Of a stretch of 64,000 bases of DNA, positions 1 to 10,881 are shown in pieces. The stretch covers positions 6,143,244-6,207,243 of the forward strand of contig CM082597.2 in the NCBI GenBank assembly GCA_040954595.2. Reading direction: 5' to 3'. Under the pieces are notes generated by a model. The model was given only the letters and a program-made list of their open reading frames with translations. It had not been told where the DNA came from and did not search any database. Source of the DNA: Balanoglossus misakiensis (taxonomy: Eukaryota; Animalia; Hemichordata). Positions within the stretch are counted from its first letter, which is position 1. Each line of letters starts with the position of its first letter. Made by a program: the position numbers and the translations under genes.

Positions 1-1286
1 ACTCATGTATGAATGACTACACCAAATTTGATGAAACTTGCTACAGATGTTATGTAACACTACAGAAAGATCTTTAGCAGTGACATGTCTTCTTGTTGAA
101 AATTTAATACTTACTGAACTTTGTAATTTGGGTGATTTGTCCTAGGGGCCTTAAAGACTGGGCTCCATCCATTTCACAATGGTAATATCTTAAGACATGT
201 AAATTGTTTTTAATGTTCATACAAAGACATGCACCTATATGCCATTCATATGCACATCAATTTGATTCACGATTGAGCGATGGCTGCCAGGCAGCAATTT
301 TGTTATGATTTTTTCATATCCCAGGCCAAACTTGTTTCAACCCAATTCATTAAAGTTAGTACATGTATGACATTGGCCTAATGTCGTACATGTACAAGAG
401 CATTGAGCTATGACATACATTGGTACATTGATTTGTTCTGTGATATGATCATATTTCATTCAAAGTTGGTACAAAGACAATTGGCATGCTTAGTTATACA
501 TATTCCTGCTAAATATTTGTGATACAATCCAATATGCCACCTAGTCACCATTTTGTAATGATTTTAAACATGGCATTCATTACAGGTTACTGGAAGTATA
601 TTATACTATATCCTCTCTGATGGTCATATTCCTCATGAAAGTACTGTGCCATACTATACGCAGCCAGAAGGGGTCATGCTAAATGTGCGAAAAAATCAGT
701 TTAATTTGGACCACATATCGAATTTTAAGCAGTTTCAACCCTTGATTGCTGTCATGATCATTGGCGACCAAGAGAGCAGACCGTCTGTTGATATTTGCCT
801 CGAGCAATTTCAGCACCTTCAAGTACAAGGTTATTATATTTATTGTTTCTTTTATTAGCTCCCATGTTCACACACGGGAGCTAATGATATATACCCATGT
901 ATGTCTGTGTGTCTGTGGGCACAACATCTCAATTGCTGGTCACATTGAAACATGCATTATTGTTGATAGCATTTGGACTGATTAGGTTTTGGTGGGCTTA
1001 GTTTGCAAAACATACTGCTTCAAAGTGCTGACTTATAGAAAACAATTTTCTCAAGTAGCAAACAAAAAAGAAAACTTAAGTAAAATATTTGAGGTTAGTG
1101 AGGTCTTCCAAACATAAATTAGTTTTCATGGAAAACTTCAATGCTGATGAGACTGGCATTGTTTAGATATATTAATTCTGTCTTTATCAATGTTTTATAA
1201 GTTGAAAATGATAGTATAGTATGTTTTATGTGTCTGTAACTGTTATACCTAACAGATTTGTTTTGCATGTTTGTTCTATTCTTCAG

Positions 1287-1435
1287 ATTACTTACCAGCA
1301 ACAGTTGAACCAAACAATCAAGAATGTGTGTCAGATAGCAGTAGTGATATCTCTGATGTGATGACAAATCGTTTCCATTTTGAGTCACTAGAAGTGGATG
1401 GGATGGAGCTTCCAACAATTGGTGACATGGCACCT
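1287..1435 (+). CDS. Putative upstream coding exon of the tyrosine-recombinase gene (acidic/Ser-rich linker)
   Basis: Acceptor ttctattcttcag| at 1286/1287 and donor CCT|gtgagt at 1435/1436. Open frame DYLPATVEPNNQECVSDSSSDISDVM...GDMAP. Starts in phase 1 (needs an exon further 5') and ends in phase 0, compatible with 6866-6907 and 10936. Confidence 0.45.
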
Positions 1436-1514
1436 GTGAGTATCATGCTGTTAAAGATACAACTAGCTTATTTACATGCATGTTTGTTACCTGTTTGTAT
1501 ATCAGTGAATACTT

Positions 1515-2357
1515 AGGGGTTATTACACGAAGTTTGGTCGATAACGCATCGTTTTCGAGTGATGTGTCCGTATTTTGACGAGTTGCACAGCAACGATTCA
1601 AAATACGGACACATCACGAGAATGTGACGTGTTATCGACCAAAGTTCGTGTAATTACCCCTTTATCATACGTGCATAGCATGGTGGTCACTCTTTGCGTT
1701 AAAATCGCTGAAATAAGCAAAGGATGACAGCAATCCGATGTTTCTTTTTAGTGACGTAATCTTACAGGACGGTTGTGTTGTGGGTAGATGCAACGTCGAC
1801 CTTGTAACCCAGTGATATCATTCCGCGTAAGAGCTATACCATTTCATTAGAGGGGTTCTAAGAGAATTTAGCACTAAGAATTTTCTGTCTTTAGCGATTT
1901 TTAAAAAGTATATCTCTTCTTTAATGTATATATGTAAGACCAGTAAACTCAGGCAAGGTTTGGGAATAAAATAAATCTGTTTTCGAACGTTAAACCATGA
2001 ACGACCCTTCAGAGTAATATTGTCGTCCGCAGTGACCTTGTGACATGACCTGCTTCCCCGTATTCAGCTGTTTTTGCAGCACAAAATACTGTTTGACTCG
2101 ATCATTCTGATGCATTAACAAATGCAATCTAGATATTTTAGCAGTTAATGTAAGCAGATGAGGGACAGGGTAGACAGGACAAGAAGTGAGTACACTATAT
2201 AGAGCGATAAACAACACTGCAAGCGCAACACGTTGAAGTAGTTCCGGTCACAGTGAAGATATATTCCGTATTTTCACATGTTAAAATACTGGTTCATATC
2301 CATTCTCACTCAGTAAACAAAAGACAAATGTCAATACAGGCATTGCACGTATGATAA
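1515..2357. mobile_element. Non-autonomous element with long terminal hairpin and subterminal inverted repeat (Crypton-like MITE), copy 1
   Basis: 1515-1661 is an imperfect palindrome (aggggttattacacgaagtttggtcgataac...gttatcgaccaaagttcgtgtaattacccct). ttatcatacgtgca (1662-1675) is the reverse complement of tgcacgtatgataa (2344-2357). Second copy at 5947-6536. Confidence 0.7.
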
Positions 2358-2622
2358 TGGCTTATATTGCTAATACTATTGTTGTGACTGGCTTAGTAAT
2401 AGTGCCTGTGCAAGCAACTTTTTTACTCTATCATTGTCAATGACAGTGTTCACACAAATCAAATGTAGTCTGCATTCACAAATTGAACATTTTATCCTTA
2501 GAATTGAAGTTGCCCTCTAAAATAAGCTGACCTCAAAAGTAATGAGCTAAAATACCTCATACTTGACACTCATTAGATTTATATGACCTGCATTAGAGAG
2601 TCCCTAGACTTCAAACATTTTG

Positions 2623-5425
2623 TAACATCGCTGTACCAGCCATGTGAATGGTACAGGGCTGTGAGAGTTTCCCTGTGTACACATCCCTGCACCAGCCATG
2701 TGAATGGTACAGGGCTGTGAGAGTTTCCCTGTGTTAACATCGCTGTACCAGCCATGTGAATGGTACAGGGCTGTGAGAGTTTCCCTGTGTACACATCCCT
2801 GCACCAGCCATGTGAATGGTACAGGGCTGTGAGAGTTTCCCTGTGTTAACATCCCTGCACCAGCCATGTGAATGGTACAGGGCTGTGAGAGTTTCCCTGT
2901 GTTAACATCTCTGCACCAGCCATGTGAATGGTACAGGGCTGTGAGAGTTTCCCTGTGTACACATCCCTGCACCAGCCATGTGAATGGTACAGGGCTGTGA
3001 GAGTTTCCCTGTGTACACATCCCTGCACCAGCCATGTGAATGGTACAGGGCTGTGAGAGTTTCCCTGTGTTAACATCGCTGTACCAGCCATGTGAATGGT
3101 ACAGGGCTGTGAGAGTTTCCCTGTGTTAACATCGCTGTACCAGCCATGTGAATGGTACAGGGCTGTGAGAGTTTCCCTGTGTACACATCTCTGCACCAGC
3201 CATGTGAATGGTACAGGGCTGTGAGAGTTTCCCTGTGTTAACATCGCTGTACCAGCCATGTGAATGGTACAGGGCTGTGAGAGTTTCCCTGTGTTAACAT
3301 CGCTGTACCAGCCATGTGAATGGTACAGGGCTGTGAGAGTTTCCCTGTGTTAACATCGCTGTACCAGCCATGTGAATGGTACAGGGCTGTGAGAGTTTCC
3401 CTGTGTACACATCTCTGCACCAGCCATGTGAATGGTACAGGGCTGTGAGAGTTTCCCTGTGTACACATCTCTGCACCAGCCATGTGAATGGTACAGGGCT
3501 GTGAGAGTTTCCCTGTGTTAACATCCCTGCACCAGCCATGTGAATGGTACAGGGCTGTGAGAGTTTCCCTGTGTTAACATCTCTGCACCAGCCATGTGAA
3601 TGGTACAGGGCTGTGAGAGTTTCCCTGTGTACACATCCCTGCACCAGCCATGTGAATGGTACAGGGCTGTGAGAGTTTCCCTGTGTACACATCCCTGCAC
3701 CAGCCATGTGAATGGTACAGGGCTGTGAGAGTTTCCCTGTGTTAACATCGCTGTACCAGCCATGTGAATGGTACAGGGCTGTGAGAGTTTCCCTGTGTTA
3801 ACATCGCTGTACCAGCCATGTGAATGGTACAGGGCTGTGAGAGTTTCCCTGTGTACACATCCCTGCACCAGCCATGTGAATGGTACAGGGCTGTGAGAGT
3901 TTCCCTGTGTTAACATCGCTGTACCAGCCATGTGAATGGTACAGGGCTGTGAGAGTTTCCCTGTGTACACATCCCTGCACCAGCCATGTGAATGGTACAG
4001 GGCTGTGAGAGTTTCCCTGTGTACACATCCCTGCACCAGCCATGTGAATGGTACAGGGCTGTGAGAGTTTCCCTGTGTACACATCCCTGCACCAGCCATG
4101 TGAATGGTACAGGGCTGTGAGAGTTTCCCTGTGTACACATCCCTGCACCAGCCATGTGAATGGTACAGGGCTGTGAGAGTTTCCCTGTGTTAACATCGCT
4201 GTACCAGCCATGTGAATGGTACAGGGCTGTGAGAGTTTCCCTGTGTACACATCCCTGCACCAGCCATGTGAATGGTACAGGGCTGTGAGAGTTTCCCTGT
4301 GTTAACATCGCTGTACCAGCCATGTGAATGGTACAGGGCTGTGAGAGTTTCCCTGTGTTAACATCTCTGCACCAGCCATGTGAATGGTACAGGGCTGTGA
4401 GAGTTTCCCTGTGTACACATCCCTGCACCAGCCATGTGAATGGTACAGGGCTGTGAGAGTTTCCCTGTGTTAACATCGCTGTACCAGCCATGTGAATGGT
4501 ACAGGGCTGTGAGAGTTTCCCTGTGTACACATCCCTGCACCAGCCATGTGAATGGTACAGGGCTGTGAGAGTTTCCCTGTGTACACATCCCTGCACCAGC
4601 CATGTGAATGGTACAGGGCTGTGAGAGTTTCCCTGTGTACACATCCCTGCACCAGCCATGTGAATGGTACAGGGCTGTGAGAGTTTCCCTGTGTACACAT
4701 CCCTGCACCAGCCATGTGAATGGTACAGGGCTGTGAGAGTTTCCCTGTGTACACATCCCTGCACCAGCCATGTGAATGGTACAGGGCTGTGAGAGTTTCC
4801 CTGTGTTAACATCGCTGTACCAGCCATGTGAATGGTACAGGGCTGTGAGAGTTTCCCTGTGTTAACATCGCTGTACCAGCCATGTGAATGGTACAGGGCT
4901 GTGAGAGTTTCCCTGTGTTAACATCTCTGCACCAGCCATGTGAATGGTACAGGGCTGTGAGAGTTTCCCTGTGTACACATCCCTGCACCAGCCATGTGAA
5001 TGGTACAGGGCTGTGAGAGTTTCCCTGTGTTAACATCCCTGCACCAGCCATGTGAATGGTACAGGGCTGTGAGAGTTTCCCTGTGTTAACATCGCTGTAC
5101 CAGCCATGTGAATGGTACAGGGCTGTGAGAGTTTCCCTGTGTACACATCCCTGCACCAGCCATGTGAATGGTACAGGGCTGTGAGAGTTTCCCTGTGTAC
5201 ACATCCCTGCACCAGCCATGTGAATGGTACAGGGCTGTGAGAGTTTCCCTGTGTACACATCCCTGCACCAGCCATGTGAATGGTACAGGGCTGTGAGAGT
5301 TTCCCTGTGTACACATCCCTGCACCAGCCATGTGAATGGTACAGGGCTGTGAGAGTTTCCCTGTGTTAACATCGCTGTACCAGCCATGTGAATGGTACAG
5401 GGCTGTGAGAGTTTCCCTGTGTTAA
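2623..5425. repeat. 56-bp minisatellite, ~50 copies, five unit variants
   Basis: Invariant 42-nt core cagccatgtgaatggtacagggctgtgagagtttccctgtgt plus a 14-nt variable part (acacatccctgcac, taacatcgctgtac, taacatccctgcac, taacatctctgcac, acacatctctgcac). Explains all repetitive minus-strand ORFs at 2579-5471. Confidence 0.98.
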
Positions 5426-5782
5426 AGGCCGCCGTTGGATAAAAAAGGAAGCTCAACTCGGTGGTAATCATAATGCCGTTTGACTAACAACAGATAACAA
5501 ACAGACTCTTCGCTCCGTGAAATAGGCGAAAAAGGGTCACAGCAAAAAGAATTTTGCCACACAATGACAATATATAGCTTTATAAACACACATGGCATAT
5601 AGTTATCAACAAAATAGTACATGAGCTATCGAAATAACGAAGATTTTAGAAGAAATGGGGTTTCATCGTTTTTCAGAACAATAGACCGCGTCCCTTCGGA
5701 AACAATGGCCACGCCAATCGAACAACACCCGATCAACACCTTGCGTAAGCTGGATCCCGGGCCATGCCACGGCGGCCTTTAA
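5422..5782. mobile_element. TTAA-flanked MITE (Kolobok-type ends)
   Basis: TTAA-aggccgccgt at 5422 and acggcggcct-TTAA ending at 5782. Removing it restores the satellite sequence gtgTTAAcatc. Confidence 0.8.
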
Positions 5783-5946
5783 CATCATCATGTACGCGGT
5801 ATAAAGATGCAATGTATATGAAGTGTGAATTTGTTAAAACAGACATTCCCGTGACAGCTGTACATATGAGAAAGGAGGACATTTTCAGGACAAAAAGATA
5901 AATGACAAGTAGGTTTTGCTTGATACCAAGTACCTACATAATATTT

Positions 5947-6536
5947 AGGGGTTATTACACGAAGTTTGGTCGATAACGCGTTGTTTTCGAGTGATGTGTC
6001 CGTATTTTGACGAGTTGCGCAGCAACGAGTCAAAATACGGACACATCATGAGTTTCATAATTTTATTTTATTTTAAAACCGTTTTCTTGTTTTTTTTTTC
6101 TTGTATATATGTAAGACCAGTAAACTCATGCAAGGTTTAGGAATAAAATAAATCTGTTTTTCGAATGTTAAACTAAACTTTGAACTACCCTTCAGAGTAA
6201 TATTGTCGTCCGCAGTGACCTTGTGACATGACCTGCTTTCCCGCGATCAGCTGTTTTTGCAGGACAAAATACTGTTTGACTCGATCATTCTGATGCATTA
6301 ACAAATGCAATCTAGATATTTTAGCAGTTAATGTAAGCAGATGAGGGACAGGGTAGACAGGACAAGAAGTGAGTACACTATATAGAGCGATAAACAACAC
6401 TGCAAGCGCAACACGTTGAAGTAGTTCCGGTTACAGTGAAGATATATTCCGTATTTTCACATGTTAAAATACCGGTTCATATCCATTCTCAGTAAACAAA
6501 AGAAAAATGGCAATACAGGCGTTGCACGTATGATAA
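5947..6536. mobile_element. Internally deleted second copy of the 1515-2357 hairpin element
   Basis: Near-identical to 1515-1620 and 1925-2357; same tgcacgtatgataa right end; part of the right hairpin arm and about 300 bp of internal sequence are replaced by a T-rich tract. Confidence 0.8.
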
Positions 6537-6865
6537 ATGGGATTAATATCAGAAAATTTCCACCAGTCCTGAACCAGTGTTGGTTCAAGCCAAGTCCAAC
6601 AACTTAAACACATTAGGTTAATGGAAATGGAAATGGTGCAACTTTACCTTGATGCAAGTGGATTGCAAACTGAGCAGGTTGGAAATAGAACAAAATCATA
6701 GAACACAGTTACATGTACATGTACTCTGAGCAAGAAAATTGTAGTCTTTTGCATTCTGTACTTCCGTAATTACTAAAAGTGAAATGTATGTTTATCTGTA
6801 GTTAAAAAGATTTTAATAGAGTTTGTGATTTAGTGAAATCTGTTTGCCTTAATTGCTGTTTGTAG

Positions 6866-6907
6866 ATGAACAGAGCATACAGAGCATACTCTCTGCCAGT
6901 ACTACCG
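6866..6907 (+). CDS. Putative 42-bp exon of the tyrosine-recombinase gene
   Basis: ttgctgtttgtag|ATGAACAGAGCATAC...CTACCG|gtagga; 14 codons (MNRAYRAYSLPVLP), phase 0 to phase 0, joining 1435 to 10936 in frame. Confidence 0.35.
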
Positions 6908-9388
6908 GTAGGAAGTGTACAACTTGTTCCTCCAAGTTCCCTAGTAGGCTCAAGTATAGTATCATTATCATGGTCATCAGCTGCTAGATATGTACGTGGC
7001 AGTTCCGGCTACCCGTCAAGTATGCAAAGTAGGTCATTAAAGTAACTGTACCTTTGATGAAATTTCATCAGAGAAGTAATTATAAGTAGCTATCTGAAAT
7101 TGTCATTTTAAAATTTAAAAAAAATGATTTAATACAGATTCATTATTTCCTGATTTGAAACCCTTTCCATGACAAAATCTGGAAGCAAAGTTTTTTGACA
7201 CAACGCTGAATGACTCAGGACCATGCAGTGACTGAAACATCCATGATGCTCTAAATATTCATAATTAGTTTGTGCTCATGGCTTCCTTGTCTTTAGTGAA
7301 GGTTAGGTCGGAATACTGTATTTTTTGAGTCGCCCCTTAAAGTTTTAATGTCTCCTAAAAATTGAAAGGCCTTTATATTATAACATGGCCCCAAAATTCA
7401 GGTTTATAGCTACATAAAATAACTGATTTAACTGAAAATTAAACTGCAAATTCAATTAGCTAAAGGTACAACATGTACCTTCAGTTGGTCAGATAGACAG
7501 AGGCAAACATGAAAGAAAACCACAAAGACCAAGCAAATGTAAATATTTGTTTATCAATACAATCCATCAGCCACTGCCAATGAAAGCATAGATAGCTTTA
7601 CTTCTTTTTACAGTGATTGACACTGACTTCTCCCCTATGGTTTGTTTTCCTGTAGGCAGCATTATGCAATCACAATTGCAGCATCAACAGCATCAGCATC
7701 AACCAAATCAACCTTTCCCTTCAAATGCCTTTCCACCTTGGTTATACTATATTTGGTTTGGAACAAACACTTGTTTTGTCATCGCCATCATCATTATCTT
7801 CGGGTGGTATTTACTAACTTAAAAAACAAGAAGAATCAAATGAATTCCAGGTGAGCGTAATAAAAAACAAACCAAAAGTCATTCAAGGCTCAAAATTATA
7901 AGTAGAGTGCTGCAGAGATCCCCTAAAAAAATCGAGCACCTGACATGGTGGTACCACATTTGAGTCATATATTATTTTAACCATTAGGGTCTTAGGAGTC
8001 TGAAAAGGCATGATGACATTGTTAAATCCCATGGTGAGCTGAGAACACCACCTTTTTTTAAAATTGGTATATTTCACAAAATCTGCATATTTTTATGTAG
8101 TAAACAGTGCGCACCAACAACACCAGAATGCTGTACATGGTAATACAGTCGCCGCCGTTTTATCGGGACACCACAGGGGCAGACAATTTATCCTGATTCA
8201 CCGGCTGTCCCGATTATGCGGCTGGTATAAATATGGCCGCCCCGCCCACACAATACCAGTGTTGATTCACGCACACGATGTACACACTTCATACAACCAC
8301 GGTTACTAGAAGTAACCGTGATCACAATGTAAAACTGCACCACTAAAAGGTTGGTGTCTTCGTTATTCGGATTTTTTCATCAAAATTTAAAGTGGTGCTT
8401 CGACTTCAGGTAAAAAAACAAACACTAGCAGTTGAAAAGAAAAAGCTAGGCTGTACAGACGTGTTGAAGAAAAACACAAGGTCATGTTATGTTGATTGAC
8501 AAGGGAACGTACGTCTTGGGGAAGGGGCGTGGCCTGATCTGGCTAACACGTTCTACATGTGCGTGACCTTTACAGGCCACGGCAACGGACATCGGCAGCA
8601 GTAAGGCCGTGAAAATCGCTGTTGAATTTTTTTTGTCGCCCCGTATTGTTTTGAGGTGTCAATTCTTACACTTAGCAACTCATTCTCGAGAATAAGATCC
8701 TTTGAATGCGGAAAGCTTTGGTGTTGTGATCCTTGTTCAGCTACCACCTCCCAGGCCGTTCTAACAGCTGGGTTGTTGACGCATACACAGCTGTAAACGG
8801 GACACAGTGTGCCGCAAATGTCCATCTCGGCGTTGGTAAGGGGTGTGAAAATTTATCCATTTGAGGGGGTAACTTTTTTGCCGCCTAAATTTGACTATTT
8901 TCTCGTGAGTTTTCCTTCCATTTTGCAGTTTTGTCCATGGCCATGTTAGAGGATTTCACAGATATATTGTTGTAGTTTTCAAGACTTTCTAGTAGACATG
9001 CAGATGTGTTGTCATATAAATATGATGTCAATTTTATCAATACTAAGGTACAATCAAATTTACTTCAACACATGCACTATGCAGTAAAGAATGGACTCGC
9101 ACAATTATTTGTTTTCAAATTGTCATACTGAAAGACCACCCCTATTAGAAACTAGTGTAACTTTGACTCATCAACCTGAGGCCCCTTGGCAAACTAAATC
9201 ATATTCTTACTTTACATGGCATTGCCTGCCAAAAGCATACAGTATTAAACTTTTGAAATTTGTCAGTTATTTTCAACTGCAGGGTAGATTTGGTTTACTG
9301 GTATTTGTATGCGTATTTTCTACAAATTTCTTCCTAAGATAACTTGAACCGGAGATTTCATGTTTTTTGAATCAAAGATTTCATGTTT

Positions 9389-9541
9389 TATATTTTTTGA
9401 AAACTCGGTGTTTTGATAAACCTTTCAAGAACCCTGTTAGTCCCCGCGGACGAATGATGTATCCATTGTTTGCATGTCTATTCTTTTGCGATACAATCCA
9501 ATATGGCCAGCAGGCAGCCATTTTGTGACGATTTTTTCATA
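9389..9541 (+). repeat. ~150-bp direct repeat, left copy (partner 15088-15240)
   Basis: aaaactcggtgttttgataaacctttcaagaaccctgttagtccccgcggacgaat...gcagccattttgtgacgattttttcata recurs with few mismatches at 15088-15240. Confidence 0.9.
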
Positions 9542-10881
9542 CATGCGTAATTGGTTGGTTTTGTTATCAATTGTCTTATTTGTATCCCTCTGTGTGTATT
9601 TAAGCGATAGGATAAGTCTATCCTTCAAACTTTGCTGTCTTATATTTGCAATTTTGTCAGTTGGGTAGCTTTTTCATGAAATATAATACAAATATCATTA
9701 ACACAAAAGTTATTTTTCATACCTTTAAACACCAACCCAATTCAAAAATTAAATATGTATTTAATTTGATGAGCTGTCATTGTGAATATTATTGTCCCAT
9801 CTATGGCAGTATATAAAGTCTGGCATTGAAAAAAAAGGAGAAAACAAGGAAAAACAAAATCCATTGTCAGAAGTCAATTACAGTTACTAAATCCAAGTTG
9901 CTATGAATGAAAACCATGTGAAGATATCAACTTTTAGACTTTGTTGTAATATTTCTACTTTCTTAAAAATGAGTTTTCGTAAATTGACAAGCACAAAACA
10001 AGAACACTCAGTTGCGTACAGTCCTGTAATAATACACCATATCTTAGTGAAAATTACCAGAATCCTGTAAATCATGCAAACACTGGTTATGTTGCCAGCC
10101 ATAAAGAAACTTTCAAAGTAAGGTATGGAGCCTACTTACACCTGTTTTGCCAAAACAAAAGATATTTTTTTTTAAATGAACACCTTAGTTGGTCACCACT
10201 TGCCTTCAAAAAGTACAGTATTTTGTAGCACATTGAAACTTTTATCATAAAATGTATTTAGTTTCAACCTCTTTTCTCTATCTGAAATTTCTAAAAGTAC
10301 TTTTGTTTAAAATTAATAAATGGTTATTTTAATGCATAGATTTCTCAGAAATATGTGGAGCTGATTAAGTATTTAGAAAGCAAACACTTGTGTGGACATA
10401 TCAGAGAGACTTGTGGGTAATTTAATGAACTCTGGACTTGTCAATATTGGTTTTCTACTATTTATTGCCTCTGCTGTAATTGATGACTCAAAATGAAAAC
10501 AGTCTCAGTATATTGCTACCACATATGCACATAACTCATTTCACTACTCTGTTAAAACTGATATCACAATGAAAGTGGGGACAATGACTTGTTGGCTTTA
10601 GGTTGCTTGTATTCCCATTGCCCTCATAGTAGACTACATGACATACATTAATTGGTGGCTCAAAATGAAATCAGTCACAGTACATTGCTACCACATATAT
10701 GCACATATTTAATTTCCCTGCTCTGTTATAACACAGTTAGTAGACCCTTTCAGTTAGGAAACTCACTGTGTGAGGACTGACTGAATTGAATGTGTTTTGC
10801 AGAATGCATAAGGCATTAGACTTTTGGGCCTATAGTCAGTTAAGTATGGTGTCGCTTAACAAGTATGTGACATGAGATGAC

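Noticed and set aside
2579-5471. Overlapping repetitive ORFs (MAGAGMCTQGNSHSPVPFTW...) and a CRISPR-like look
   Set aside because: The 56-bp unit is not a multiple of three and cycles through frames. The variable parts are five reused variants, not unique spacers, and there are no cas genes; it is a minisatellite.
7656-7850. Exon-like segment (tgtag|GCAGC...TTCCAG|gtgagc) upstream of the recombinase
   Set aside because: Its only open frame runs phase 2 to phase 2, incompatible with the phase-0 flanking exons; the phase-0 reading hits a stop.
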